This document shows positions 47,598 to 61,900 of a stretch of DNA of 64,000 bases, piece after piece. The notes beneath the pieces were generated by a model. The model was not told where the DNA came from and did not search any database. It worked only from the letters and a program-made list of their open reading frames with translations. This DNA is from Pseudovirgaria hyperparasitica (lineage: Eukaryota), in NCBI GenBank assembly GCA_010093815.1, contig ML996566.1; one strand, written 5' to 3'. The first letter of the stretch is position 1; each line of letters opens with the position of its first letter. The translations under genes and the position numbers were made by a program.

Positions 47598-50500
47598 GAA
47601 GTGGTGTGTATATGCATGTAATCACGTTGATGAATATGCAAGCGTAGAGGTCTGCAAGAATAAACGACATTCATGCCTTGCCGACGAACCTGCATTTGCT
47701 ACACTGAACCAGGCTCGAACGGGGGGATAGACGTACTGCCCAGAACCAAGTCTTGCTTGCTCAAACACCGCGTGTATCTCGACAATCCTCGCCACCAGTC
47801 TATGTTCGCCAATTCTCCATACTAACCTACTCATCAAAGTCCATCAAAACAACACCTCAGAGTACCCGCTCAGAACATGTCACTCTGATTCATTCCAATC
47901 AGGTCATGCTAAACTCTCCCTCACCCAACAACCAATTACCCCCAAAGCTTCAATACTCCGTTACCTAATCGAACCAGTCCAACCTATGTTTTCCTCTGTT
48001 TGCCTCTGCGATGGTACATCTGAACGCACGGTTGATAAAACGCATTAGATATCGGCCCTTTTTCCCTCCTCTCACCACCCCCCCCTCCCCTCTCATCTTC
48101 AACCTCCTCACCTCCCCTCCTCCCCGCCCTCAATCACAACATCAGCCTCCTCCCCCACGAAGAAGCGGCTCCGCCGAAATCACGCGATTGGAACATGTTA
48201 TCCGTGCTGTGGCACTGACTTGACTGACTGACTGCCCGTATCTGTGCGTGTATCTGTGCTCCATGCTCTGCATCAGTGCTCTGTATCCGTGCTCGACATC
48301 TGCTCACTCCGCGGCCCTATCCGACCGACTTTTCCACCCGCCAGCACGCGCATGCGTGGCGGAAAATGGACCCTAAAACTACAATATCGAATTTCGTTCT
48401 CGGTACCTGTGCGGGACAGGATAGGACAGTATAGTACGTACGTACCTGCGTCCCATCCATCCATCCATCTCATAGCCGTAGCCGTACCCGTCCGTACCTA
48501 CTTCCGTCGTGCGTTGACGCTCGAGCGCACCGCGAGAAGAGGTCGAGATGTGTCACGGGGGATGACTGATGTGTTTGGTTTTTTTTGCAACCCCCCCCCT
48601 TTTTGTCCTCCTCTCCCCTTCTTTCTTTCATATAGCCGTGCGCGTTGTCTCCGCATGTGACTTTGCCCCTGACCCCCCTGACCCCCTTCGCCACGCGAGT
48701 AGAAGTCGAGCTCTTCTCTTCACGAGGGATGCAAGAACCGAGATGTCTGTCTGTTTTTGCAGCCTTGTTCCTATTTGCCCCCCCTTTGCTCCCGGTTTCC
48801 CCACAGACACAGACACAGACACAGACACATTCGAAGAAGGAAGTATACTCCGTGGATGGGGTCATGCATGTTGTGGCGGGTATTTGGTTGTTTGGGGGGT
48901 GTACACGTGTGGTGGCGCGTGTACTTGCTCCGCAAGGACTGAGAGAAGGGGGGAGGGGGTGCGTAGTCATGTTTGTTGGGACAGGGAGTTGTTGTTTTTG
49001 TTATTATTGTTGGCTTGGTATACATATGAGATTACGCGGGATGACGATGGTGGTGGTGGTGGTGGTGGTGCGATATCTGATAGACTGATTATGGAATGAC
49101 TGACTGACTGACTGATTGATTGATTTATGGACTGACTGACTGACTGACTGATGAACTGACTGATAGCCTGACTAGCTGAATGATAGACTACTAACCGACC
49201 CACAAGCCAAGAACATATCTCAGGGACTCTACATAGCGAGAATGGTACTTTGAGGTGCCCTCCCAGACAAGCTATCTAGCCAGATACTCATAATACCTGA
49301 TAATATTCTCCATCTGCTCCTGGTAAGAAAGGGGTATTTTTGCTTGGCCGGGTGTGACGAGCTGGGTATGACGATGATGAACGAGCGATTCAATACATAG
49401 CTCGCTTTTTGGAAGTAGAGGGTATGTGTGGATGTGATATGTATAGCTCAAAAAGGGAGACGTATAAATTAATTTATTATATTCTATAGATATTGGTTAA
49501 GTAGGGATTCAGGGAGACACGGGAGAGACACAGATTCAACAGTCTGAGTGGTGATCGTCATGCAGGAAGGGGGTATTTGTCAAATACATAAAGCAACGCA
49601 ACGTATAATTCGACACAAAGATGGAAAAACCCGGCGACCGCTGTAACATATAAGACTCGCAACACACAACCTCAACCCCGTCAAAACTCTATTCTGACCA
49701 CCACCCTCTAAACGCAACCTTCGATATCAACTTCATCCCACCTCCCCTGACACCCAGCACCCACTCATTCCCCCTCCTTCCACACACCCCTTTCCATACA
49801 CCATCATCGTGCACCAATCGACCAAACCACCCCCTTTGCCTCGTCTCGGCCGTGAATCCCTACATCCTGCCCGCGCCGACGCTCTTCCTTCTACGTACTC
49901 TCAATCTCATATTACTATGTCCCTGTGATTGCAGGACTGCGTGTGCGATGGGAACATGCTCACCTAGTGCGTCGGACACAACTCTCCATTCTACCATACC
50001 CAGCGGGCGCAGTCGTCGCAGTAGGGTCAGCGGTGGCGGAGGTAGTCTTGGTGTTGTTTGGGCCATGCGTTTTTTTATTTTGCATTTTTGGTTGTTCGGC
50101 TGGTTTGTCCAGGGGAATGGGGTGATATGATAGAGGAAGGGGGCTTGAGAAAGTGATAGCAAAATCGGGACCGGGGAATGGGATCACAGTGATTCTATCT
50201 TTTCAACCAGGCAGACTGTTTGACTTTCTGTTTTTCTCACATATATCAATGTGAACGGTCTGGATGGCTGTTATGATGCCGTTCGCGCGGAAGGGGAAGG
50301 GCGCGCTTCCTCGACTCAGTGCCCTTTGTGACTTGGTTCGTTTTGGGACAGTCGGGTCTCTGGTACTCTGGTTGTCTGGGCTCTCTCGCTTCCAGCCTAT
50401 TCCTTTTTTCTGTGTGTGACGTGTCCTGTGCCTGTGACGGGCACTCTCGGGATCGTCGGGAGTAGGGAGTGGTTGGACGGATCATCGGACTGCGAACTTC

Positions 50501-53500
50501 ATGATGGACGGGTATAAACTGGTTCGCGAGAGCACGTGTATGTGTGTCAAGCCTTTTTCTGGTCCTCGGATGTAACAGACAGTCTTTCAGTCCTGATTCT
50601 TAGACATCGAGATGGACTAGTATAGTTATACGAGACTCTGGGTTGTTCTGATTACACGAGACAGGTTTTGGGGGAGTGATCAGTATTCTGCGTAAATCTT
50701 CTTGCTCAGTCGAATTAAAGAGACTCGCTCGGGACAGACAGGTTGTCGTGACTGACAGTGCGTTGAGCAGACTATGCGGTTCCATTATGCATCGCGACCA
50801 AGCCGTCGAAGGGTGAAGGACAAGTATAATAACACGAAACTCGAGTCTATCTATATCAACAAGACGTCCAGCGCAGCAAGCGTAAACACAATTCGAAGCA
50901 AACCAGCCGGCGAGTAGCTGTAAGCAAACCACAAACCTCAAGATCGAACCTGACACCGCTCTTCTCCCATAGCCGTTTCTTCGCGCCGTTAACACATCTT
51001 TCGCTGCATCGTCTGATACCGCCATAAACAGACCCTATATCGTCCTTGACCACATCCTCCCATCCTTGGCATCCATCCATCCATCCATCCATCCCCACCG
51101 ACCAAACACAAGTCACAACTCACAAAGCAAAAAGCAGCCGTGAAACATCGGCGCCTCCAAACTGTCAACGTCACACAACAGCCTCGACTCCCGTCCCCTC
51201 CCCACAGCAATCCACGACACAGAACAGGTCGGCCCCCATCCACGCCCAATACATCGACGAGGCCGGGCCGTAGAGTAGACACACAATCACAACCACAATC
51301 ACAAATCGCAATGCTGTATTCCGTCCCCGTCCCCGTTCCCCGATTCCCCAGTTCCCAATTCCCAGCGTGTGCCCTGTCCGCACGCTCGCCCGTTCGCTCT
51401 CTCCGTCGCCGATATCCCGATTTTCCGAATGGTTAGCCCCCCCTCCCTTCAAATCCTTCCTTCGCTGGGTACACACTCCCACACTCACACACACATGCAA
51501 ACACTACACATGGCGTAATCGCAGGATCCGCCATGCATCATCCGTGGGTCGTGCTCGTGTGTTGTGTGTTGCATCCTACGCCAAGACACGACAAGGCTGA
51601 GTAGTTACTGTAGTTACATAGGTCCCCACAACAAAGGATCGATCCTACGAGACGGACGAAGGATCTTCCGCACAGGGGCTGGTATGTTACACCCCTCTCA
51701 TTTATGTTCACTGATAGAGATCAATGATGGGATCTGGGGTATGAGGAGGAGGAGGAGGAGGAGGAGGGAGGGGAGGGGTGGTATGTTGTAGGAAACAAGA
51801 TGCGTAGTCCGTAAATGGAGGGCCGGTCCGCGCTGGTTGGTGAGGCTGTAGGGCGAGGCGAGGCGAGGTCGGGTGCTCCCTTTGTCCCCTGGCTGGCTGG
51901 CAGCTGGCTGGACCGAGCGAGCGAGCCTTAGGCAGACAGGTCCGTAGGCACCATCGACAGTCTATCTCAACTCACCGTTTACGACACACGCAAGATGCAA
52001 AGAATTTGACTTGTGTGATCATCTTTTCACCGCTCCAGTATCTCAACATCTATTGTTAGCATAGGCATAGATGGGTGGATGCGCTTGTCTAGTCGTGTTG
52101 ACGATGTGCTACGTACTAGCCGCTCCCGCGTTTACACGGAGGGGGCCAAGAGCAACAATGACATCTTGCTTGCCACTCAGGTTTCAACGCAAGCGCCGTC
52201 TAATTTTGGTGATACAATCCTGAAAGTGGCCGATTGGTGTGTATGATAGAATTACATGCCATCATATAATGCAGCGTCGATGTAAGTCACACGTGATGGT
52301 CGAAAAATATGAACTTACTGGGGAACAAGTCCACTTGTCGAAAGATCAGATCAGGTATCGGGGGACGTGGTCGAGCCCAGAAAAGCATGTCACTCAATCC
52401 AAAACCAAACCTGCCAAGCAGGAATCAGCTATTTCCCAATATTCTGGATCTATGTGCTTGTGGGCCTCAAGATGTTCGATATCGGAGTGCATCTACATCA
52501 AGGCAAAGCGGACCAAGAACCCCTACACGGACAAATACTTTGTATACTTTGCAATGTGATACAGGCACGATCTCCGTCCATAGTGGTCACTGGTGGTGTG
52601 GTGCGTCGGATACTGATATCCACGCTGTCTTCGAGACATGGCTCCCTTATCGATACGCCAAGCCATGTTTTATACGATCCCAAAGAACTGGCAAAAAAAG
52701 CCCCAAGGTCATCCATCAACATGGCGCCATCGGATGAGAGCGAAAAAGGGCTTCGACAAGCTGGCATGTGCTTAGTCTGCTTGACAGAGAACTCGGACGT
52801 CTTGTCTTCTTTTGGGTTGTTGTTTTCAGTATAGACAAGTGTCCAGCAGAGAGACCTAGCTAAACATATCGGCATTGTCGAACCCCTATTCTACGCAGCG
52901 GCCAGCGCTGTCTGTTTATGCGCATCCAGGGCTGTACTGCTCTCGTGTACAGGTATGTGCTATCGCTTGACGTGACAAGAGCCTTTGCCGAGCCTGCTGC
53001 CCCAGGGGAGATCAAACCAGGGTATGAAGCTCGACCTTCGCAGGAATTAGTTCTAGCATATCAAACTGGCCTTCATCGATAACAAGGCCATGCCCTACCT
53101 AAACCAGGATGCGCAGTGGGCCGGCCAGTAAGGGTATGCTCTGGTGATCATTCGCTAAGCAGGTACGCAATGCAAGCCGACACCAAGCTAATGCGACGAT
53201 CAGATGACTGCACTGGTGTGGAGTTTTAAAAATCGGGTTGTTCACTCGGTATGTCGGGAAGTGCATGTCTGACACTTCATACCCTGTGTATCAGCGAAGT
53301 CGAGGTTGAATTGCAGCGAGCGGAAATGAACGTCAAGACCGGGACGAGGTAGAAGACTGCCCCAGTTCTTCAGCCTTGTGGGACGTCCGAGCACTGACTG
53401 CGCCTCGTATTGTAGCTGAGATGTAGCGAATGCAAAAGTAAAAGTTGTCTAAAGTGAAAACTGTGTTGGTCGAGACAGCGTCACCGATCACGTGAGACAT

Positions 53501-56363
53501 TCCGATTACCTAAATGCGACATGACATGTAGTGGGCCGCAGTGAGTGGCAGACGGTGGCACGTGTGTGTGGGGGGTAAATACAGGATTACAGGCTGAGAT
53601 CTCGGGTGCGTCCGATGGAATATAGTAAACGATAAGGTTGTAGCTTTGTTTTGTGGATCATCATGAATATCAAAGGTATCGCGTGCAGGCGCTTACTTTT
53701 CCATGTCAATAGACTTCCTGTATAACAGTCTGTATACAGCGAGTCATGCAGAAAAAAGGAAGCAGAGTGCTTCGGGGGCCTTAAGCCACCACATATCGCT
53801 GCGACCGAGCAGCCTTACCCTGGCCAAGGAAGCCTTCGAGAATGCGTCAAGGGCGGCATCAAGGCGGCAAAGGCTTCATTATGGCGGCGAAGGCTTCGTG
53901 GCTAGAAAGCTTACCCGCCTTCTACACAAGAGCCCCATGACGCTGTGGATTATCAGACCCATTACTGTACAAAACAATGTCGTGTATGTACCCATATGGC
54001 GAGGCTGTTTACATAGAAGTGTCGAAATGTCTTGTATCCAGGCCACGCGCTCGCACGTTGAAGTCTTTACACCCTTGTAGCGATGATGGCTCATGGGATT
54101 TGGACAATCTCACAATACCCCTTGGCAGCTTGGCTTTGGCTGCATTCTGCAATGTATAGCCGGCTCGAGCGCAGGACTGCTGTGCTACTGCTAAAGCTTT
54201 TAGGTGTTGACACTCTGTTGGCTCTGCGACGTTGTGGTTGGCAGACCCATTTCCAGGCTCCATCCCGGGCCAACTGTTCGACGCCGCAAGTCGTGGGGGA
54301 TTCCACAGGGCGTTGACATGATTCTTTCACACATATCATTATCAGCAGATCAGGCTCTCTATAGTCATGGTCAAAGCGTCTATCTGTTGACGTTCCTGAC
54401 CGCTGGAGAGAGTACGAAAAGTCGGCAGCTGATGGTTCTCGAAGTGCACTAGGTGAGCCTTGACATGCCTGATAGGCGTGCTGGCCCAATGAACGTACCA
54501 GGGGCCACAGGCAGATCTACCTGCACGCACGATGAATGGCCACCAGAGGGCTGTTTGTTTCCTGATTCCACCTGGCCTGTCAACATTGATCTACTGCAGC
54601 TTATTCGGTGTGCTGTTCGTCCACGATACCATACAACAGCAGACACGAAAGAAACACACCTGTCCTGTGCCCGCTCTTCGGCTCAATTTGAAGTCCGGTC
54701 CTTGGCCATAGATGAGACAAAGAGGGGTCTACAGATATCCCCAGGGAAAAGGCAGTCGAAGCAAGCTAGAAGGTTACTGGGCTTTTCGATGCGTCTTCGA
54801 CACAGGCAGCTAGCTAATGGCGGCTGCCCGCTGGCCTTCTGACGGACATCATCAACATCATCATCAAGCATCAAGCGGAGCTGTAGCCAATCTCAAGCAG
54901 CATTATGCGCGGTCGGCTCCGTGGCCAGATCCGGTAAGGCATGGAGAGTGGGGTGAACAACAAGCAGTCTCACTCGCTGAGGACGGGCATATGCGGGAGG
55001 GGGTGGCTGAAATTGTCTAAAGCAGCGGCTCCCTCATCTCTGCCCCGGACGCAAGCAAGCGGTTCCTGAGCTGTAAGAGCGCGGCGATGGCGCATCTTCT
55101 GCTGCAGCGGCGAGGGCGTATGGGGGGGCGTTCAGGCCGTTGATGGCCGTTTGAAGCTGGGGTGGTGATTGGGAATTTCAAGGGGAGAGGCAATGGGAGG
55201 ACCGATATGCTGCATCGGCGGACCCTGCCCTACAGACTAGCTGCATGTCCCGCCGGGCGAGGTGAGACTGGGGAGAGCTGGCTTTGGTGACTGGCTCCGA
55301 GAAAATGTGGAGGAAATCAAAGTGTATGTATGGAGTGGGTGTATGTGTATGGTGTATGTGTATGGTGTATGGTGTATGTATGGTAAGAGGAGAGACTGCT
55401 AGACTGCTAGAGAGAGACAAAGGAAAAGGCCCGTGCTGGCCCTGCGCCACTGACAGCCCACCGGCCCCATTCATCCATCATCACCCGCTCCTCGCTCTCC
55501 TCGCTTCGACAGCACCGATGTAACCCTTCGCCGCTGGCAGGCGATGTGGTGGAGTGGCCAATGTCTTGCTCTCTTTGTAGTCTTGTAGTCTTGTAGCTGG
55601 TTTCCTGTAGCCTATGGCCATGTAGCCACCGAGGTCGTCCTAGTGCTGGCATGCAAATGTGTAACACCCTGCTGAAATGGCGACAGCGTAGCGCGAACTC
55701 CCATCATCAAATAGCAATCCTCTCTTGCTCGTCTTCTCGATGCCGAGGGGCAATCAAACAGGGCACAGGTCCGGAAGGCTGAGGCCAACGAAGCAGAGTG
55801 GAGGAAAGGGGAGATCAAGAACGTCTCCTGAGTTCTGAGAGGTCGAGTATAGATGATGAACACAGATTCGGTCTCGTAGTAGCATCCCCAGACGCCTGAA
55901 CAAGACCCATTTTCTTTTTGGTCTGTCTGTCTGAGAAGTACACTCTAAAAAGTCCTTGAGAGAGGCCAGCTGTTTTTCTACGCTAAGAACAGTCCTGGTC
56001 AATGCAACAGCTTGGCGACAACAAGGCCTATTACCTATTCTCTGCTTCTGTCACCACCTCCCCCCCCCTCCCCCCTCCCCCAATCTTCTGCCCCTCGTCT
56101 CTGATATCGACATACACCCCGGTAGCCCCGGGGCGTTCTTCTGTGCTTTAGTGAGGATCTTATCTGGACAGGAACTGAATGGTGCACAGCTCCACAGCTT
56201 AATATTGGCCATGTAGTCGCTAATCCTGAACCATCGTGCGCATATTGCCTTCATTGTTCCATTCTTGACAATTCATATGGTCCAGGTCTGCAGGTTGCAA
56301 ACTTTCTAAACTCCTCATTCTCAGTTTCCATTACCCCATCATACATACGCCTTCCTCTTCACC

Positions 56364-58937
56364 ATGTCTACTTCAAACGCCTCTACCGCTACCCAGACCT
56401 TGGACCCACCGCCGGCCAAAGAAACGTCACAGGCACAGGCACAGGCCACAGTTCCTCGCAAGCGAAGAAGAAGAGCTCCAGCAAGCGGTGCTGCCGAAGA
56501 CTGCTTTACTTGTCGTAAACGTCAGACCAAGTGTGACCGACGTCGTCCATACTGCACTCAGTGTATTGAACTTGGCAAAGAATGCTCCGGCTACCGAACC
56601 ACGCTGACTTGGGGAGTCGGAGTTGCAAGTCGCGGCAAGCTTCGTGGCATGTCCTTGCCTGTACCAAAGTCACCATCAAAGAATGATAGCACCAGCAAGG
56701 AGACAAAGATCACCAAGACTGCAGCTTCAAAAAGCACCGTCAGCACCCCTTCTGTCTTCACTCCAGCGCCGGCTGCTTCTCGCCAAAGCCCAGACTTCAA
56801 CCACTATGCCTCGGCACCAACCACCAACCATATCGTCAGCAATGCTCAGGACTACTTCGCTGTAAACGCTACAAGTCCGATTCCAATCCCAACTGCTTCG
56901 GCTCAACAAATGAACTGGCATGTACAGGCTAATCCCTTTGACTTCAACGAGAAAGTCTTGAGTTCGAACCACCTGCAGTCTAGGCCACAGATTGGTCGTA
57001 TCTATACGTCCATCTCATCCTATGACACAATCTCAGCCTCGACTGGATCCATCAGCGCCTACAGTGATCGGGATTATCCTTCGCCTAGCGACTTCAGCCA
57101 ACCGGACGATTTCAGCTACACCGATTCGCATATTCCATCCTACCCCGGAGTTTATATTAGCGAGCCACATTCCTATGAAAGTCTGTCTCGCCAGACGTCC
57201 TATGGCCTGACCAGTGACGCCATGAGCTCTAGCATGAGTTCGGATCAAAGTCAACATGATTTCCTGGACAGCGCTGGAATCCATGGCTCGTATAGCTCGG
57301 CAGGAGGAGACTTTGTCAAATTCGAGCCAATCTATGAGCATGACTTGCAGCACAGCATGGACATGGTCCCCCAGCACTCTCCAACCAGCTACTACCAGCA
57401 GATGGAGAACTTGTTGGTAGATAGCTTAGCAGGCGAGTCCGGAGTCTTTCCACCCAATACGGCACCATTCCTGACAATTCCCCGTAGTGTACTCCCCCAC
57501 CAAATATACCAATTGTCGCCTCGCCTGCGATTCTTGCTCGACTACTATGACAAGGCCATCTGCCCAGTTCTGGTCGCATTCGATGGTCCAACCAACCCAT
57601 ACCGGATGCACGTGATGCACCTGGCCATGGAGGACGAGGGATTGATGAATGCGATTGCTGCCCTGTCCACCAACAACATTCGCATGAGGGGCGGCACAAA
57701 CATGAAGCGCCTCGGGTACGACCAGACTTCATGCTCGAGTCCTGGCGGCTCCCAGTCCATCCTTCCAGATAGTGCATACGCCTCAGTGTCTGCTCAAGAG
57801 ATGCGGGACTTCCAGGGCGAAGCGACACAGGAGGAGTTGCGCTACAAGGCTCTGTCAATTGAGGTGTTGAACCAACAGCTAGCAGATCCCTCACAGGCAA
57901 AGAATGATTCAGTCCTGGCGACTCTTCTTGTACTTTGCCTGTTCCACGTTTGCGACAGTGGATTCTCCAAGTTCAAGACTCAGCTGGCTGGGGTGCAGAA
58001 GCTGCTGAGCCTGCGCGATCGCTCGCATCAATCGAACTTCGTGGGCTGGATCGAGGTCTTCTTCACCTGGTTTGATGTCATGAACTCGTGCGTGAACGAG
58101 CGGGAGACAGAGGTGCGACCCGAGTCGCTGGACATGCTCAATCTTTCCACCAATCTCGGCGCCTTGGAGCATCTCGTCGGCTGCGAGGGACGGCTGTTCA
58201 AGTTGATTGCCCGTCTCGGTCGTCTGAATCTCCTGAGCCAGAATCGGCCTGTCCGTGGGTCTGATGCGACGCCTCGTCCATCGCCTCAGCCCAGACGAGC
58301 CAAGGACTACTACAGCCTCACGTTCGACAATCTTGATGGCAATGGCTGGGGACCCCTGGTATCAGACTGGGATGACGGGCGTTCGGACTTTTGGCTTGAG
58401 TGGCAGTACGTACGCGAGCGATTGCAGGAATGGGAGCTGCACACTGCCCCGCCATCACAACAACAATCACATGCCAGTAGCCCCCCTGTCGCAGCGATGT
58501 GTGCAGTAGTAGCACCAATAACACTTGATGCACCTCAGCGTGACCTGCTGCACATCAGCGAGTCTTTCCGCTACGCCGCCCTCCTTTACATCGAGCGGTT
58601 GGCCAATCCAGACCTCCCGTCGTCTGCAATGGTCTTCCAGAACCTGGTCGCGCAGGCCTTGTATCACATCTCACATATCGGCATCACCTCGTGTGTCAAC
58701 AAGTTCCTCCTCTGGCCCCTGTTCATTGCCGGGACCGAGTGTGTGGACGAGCATCACCGTGCCATTGTCAGACAACGCTGCGTCGAGATTCAGCGTGAGA
58801 GTGGCTTTTTCAACAATCTGAGTGGGCTCGAGGTACTGGAGAGGACATGGAAGCAAGACTACATGCCAGCATCTGGCGGTCCGTTCAAGTGGCGAGCGGT
58901 CATGGACAAGGTGGACGGAGAATACGTTTTGGTGTAA
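56364..58937 (+). CDS. Zn(II)2Cys6 transcription factor with C-terminal fungal-specific TF domain, single exon
   Basis: CFTCRKRQTKCDRRRPYCTQCIELGKECSGY binuclear cluster after basic RKRRRR. C-terminal NPYR, LATLLVL, WFDVM, SESFRYAALLY, LLWPLFIAGTEC blocks. Confidence 0.93.
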   Translation: MSTSNASTATQTLDPPPAKETSQAQAQATVPRKRRRRAPASGAAEDCFTCRKRQTKCDRRRPYCTQCIELGKECSGYRTTLTWGVGVASRGKLRGMSLPVPKSPSKNDSTSKETKITKTAASKSTVSTPSVFTPAPAASRQSPDFNHYASAPTTNHIVSNAQDYFAVNATSPIPIPTASAQQMNWHVQANPFDFNEKVLSSNHLQSRPQIGRIYTSISSYDTISASTGSISAYSDRDYPSPSDFSQPDDFSYTDSHIPSYPGVYISEPHSYESLSRQTSYGLTSDAMSSSMSSDQSQHDFLDSAGIHGSYSSAGGDFVKFEPIYEHDLQHSMDMVPQHSPTSYYQQMENLLVDSLAGESGVFPPNTAPFLTIPRSVLPHQIYQLSPRLRFLLDYYDKAICPVLVAFDGPTNPYRMHVMHLAMEDEGLMNAIAALSTNNIRMRGGTNMKRLGYDQTSCSSPGGSQSILPDSAYASVSAQEMRDFQGEATQEELRYKALSIEVLNQQLADPSQAKNDSVLATLLVLCLFHVCDSGFSKFKTQLAGVQKLLSLRDRSHQSNFVGWIEVFFTWFDVMNSCVNERETEVRPESLDMLNLSTNLGALEHLVGCEGRLFKLIARLGRLNLLSQNRPVRGSDATPRPSPQPRRAKDYYSLTFDNLDGNGWGPLVSDWDDGRSDFWLEWQYVRERLQEWELHTAPPSQQQSHASSPPVAAMCAVVAPITLDAPQRDLLHISESFRYAALLYIERLANPDLPSSAMVFQNLVAQALYHISHIGITSCVNKFLLWPLFIAGTECVDEHHRAIVRQRCVEIQRESGFFNNLSGLEVLERTWKQDYMPASGGPFKWRAVMDKVDGEYVLV

Positions 58938-61900
58938 GGGTACATAGTTTTCTTTGTTTATGTCATTGCATGAGACTTCAGATGGAACGAGCGATGTATG
59001 GACAACTCGTAATGTGTTTGGATGTGTTATGACTGCATTGTATGGGGATATGATGATGTAACGCATGCATAGGGATGGCGGCGGTCTACTTTGTTTATTC
59101 ATATCACATGGTTGCGAGATACCTCTGGTCTTACTGGCATGCATTCTTCCCTACACTGGTATACAGAAAACAAGGGCAATCATCACATTACTCACAACCA
59201 ATTTCAACGTTTTCAATGCGTCTGCGAGATTCATTGCGCAAGCATCTAAGCGAAGTCACTACCAGGCAGTGCACGTCACGGATGGGCCCGCACATAACAC
59301 TATCGGAGCACTTGAAAGCACTTAGAAGCCCTTGATGCACTCAAAGCACTCGAAAGCACGTAAGAAGGAGCATATTGGAGTCATACGACTCATGAACAAC
59401 ATTCTTACGCAGAGCAGGATGACATTAAGGTTGAACTACCCCATACGCGTTAGCCGATCATCCAGCCGGCAGAGATGTTTGATGTTCACTCAGCACGTCG
59501 CCGGTCCGGATCCGTTCCCAGCCTCTTTAGAGGTGTAATCTCCGCGACCAGCAATCAACGTCGTTCTATTTCATCCGACCGAGAAGCCCAGGAGTCTCAC
59601 CATTCACTTCTCCCCTGCCTTGGCAAGCGTGTAGCGTTTATAATTCGGCATCCTGCCAGACTCGGCGCCTGATCCTTAATTTCAGAAATAAAAGTCACTG
59701 CCGCGAAGGCACGTTCGAGGAACTTGAGGCTCGAGCTCGACTCTCGAGCACCTCACTGCAGATGGATATGGATATGGATGCGCCCCACACAACACGAGCA
59801 TACATAGCACCTGCGCTTCTATCTACCCCACAGGTGCTGGTGCTGGTGCTGGCTTCACCGCACATTCGTGATATTGAACCGGCTGTATATGAAGCGCCGA
59901 CACTAGTTTGACCGTTGACAGCCACAGTCATGGGAGGCAGCATTCTATGCCCTGGGTGGCGGGATGCGCTTTGTTGATCCTCCGCTGACCTGTACGTGTG
60001 GCGATCTCGTGCCCACCACACGCACGTCGGAGCGCGCTCCAACCTTAACCCTCCAAAGCCAGCCCGCGATGGGGGAAAAAGCCCCCACTCGCGGGCGTGC
60101 TGATCCCGCCGCGGCTGGCTGCGCCTGTTACGAGAGATAGCCAGCCAGGACGTCGACATTGACGTTGATTTACGTGATTAGCCGAAAGAGAGACACACAA
60201 CCAGACGTACCAGGCCAGACGCGGCAGCGGTAAACGGAAGCCCAGCATCATTTTGGGTCGAGGTCATTGCGTCGTCGGCCCCATCAATGTTGGTAATTGT
60301 ATGTAATGTACATACATATTGACCGTTAGATAGCCCGAGCGTTGCATATTGGACTTGCGAACGTGGGATGTCATCACCAAAAGCATTACACTGGGTATCA
60401 AAGTGCTTGCTTGATCTGGGGCCAAGGGATAGAGGCTTAGCCGCTTTTGACTGCTGGACTGACTTGATACTGACACATACAGCGCGCGCAAGTACAAAGT
60501 AGGGGCCCTGTGCCGGTCGGCCTGCCCGCGTACGGCGTCGGGCTAGCAAAAGCTTGATCAAAACAAGCTCATGAAAGCTGGGTCTGAGGTCACATCGGCG
60601 GTCATGCCGACAGGTCATACTTTGCCTGTGGCTTGACACCGCCCTCATCCAATCCTACACGGCATTGATGGCAAGCTGTTCCCAGCAGTGGTGGGGTGGA
60701 CTATGTAGATAGTATTAGATACACAGCCAGGATCTACTTAGACTTCTCCCTACTTGCCCCCTCCCCCCCTACCCTTATCACTGCTCGGAGACTAATCATT
60801 CACGGTTAGGAGATCGACAACATAAAGGGTCTGAGCGGTAACCATCGGACCAACGCCGTATCGCAGCTCGCTTGCCTCCTTCATGCAAAGGCGTCAGGAA
60901 GCTTTTACCACCCCGTGCACCAAGAACGGGGGGAGAAGGAGGCTGTTGCTGTGTTCGCATCTTGCAGCTCGCGCTCGTGCCTGGAGGAGACCGCCATCCT
61001 CATCTCTATTGTTCCTGATCTTGCTAACTGCGGGATGTAGGCGTGTCAATACGAATCCTTCGTAATTCTAGACGGATAAATAGATGGACGTACAGACATA
61101 CATGGTTGTGCTGTACCAGGCTGACTACGAGGATCCGCGCGATCCATGGCTGGGGTGGGCTGGCTATCTGTACCACTGGCTGAGCTAGAAGTACTCTGGA
61201 AAGGGAACATATCGATAACCGATTATGCAGGTCACCACCCGCGCGCCCGCGCACAATCAATTATACAGCAATATTCCTGGCGAACTTTAAACAGTCCTTC
61301 GTTCATGCATCATCAACATCAGCATCAGCATCATCGAGATCCAAAGGCCAACAATAGCTGCAAGATAGCTTACGCTCGCCTTGTAGCGGCCCAGAAGCGC
61401 ATTCACTCTATACCGTCCCAGCTTGTATGCATCTCCGAGCGGCCCTGGGATAGCCAACTTAGAATATTCCGTGCGCGTTCTGTCGGCAGTAGAGCGCTTC
61501 CTGTCGGGTGTCGTGTCGGTAGCGATAGTTCTACGACATCATTTTCATACACAACTGCCGTTCATCCTAGACTTGGGGGGACTATTACTCATCAAATCGC
61601 TTATACAGAAGCAATAGTAGAGACTCGTTAAGATTCACAAAGCTAACGCATCGTGCAACCCTTTCCCGGCCCCCGTATCGACGAGACCGCTTCTTGGCAC
61701 ACTCTTAAACTTATTACCCCCAGATCAATCCTTGCTGCGACCTCTGTACCTGCTCACGGTGCAGTGCAGCGGCAACGGACGGTAGCTGCAAGGCAAGCAT
61801 CGTCAGCGTGGTCGACAATAATACTTGAAAGCTCATATCCTCGTCTCGGTGAGCTGTGAGATGGAGACGGAGGAAGCTACTCCAAAGTGACACCATCAAC

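Noticed and set aside
52239..55020. Overlapping 100-155 aa ORFs
   Set aside because: No recognisable domains or consistent exon structure.
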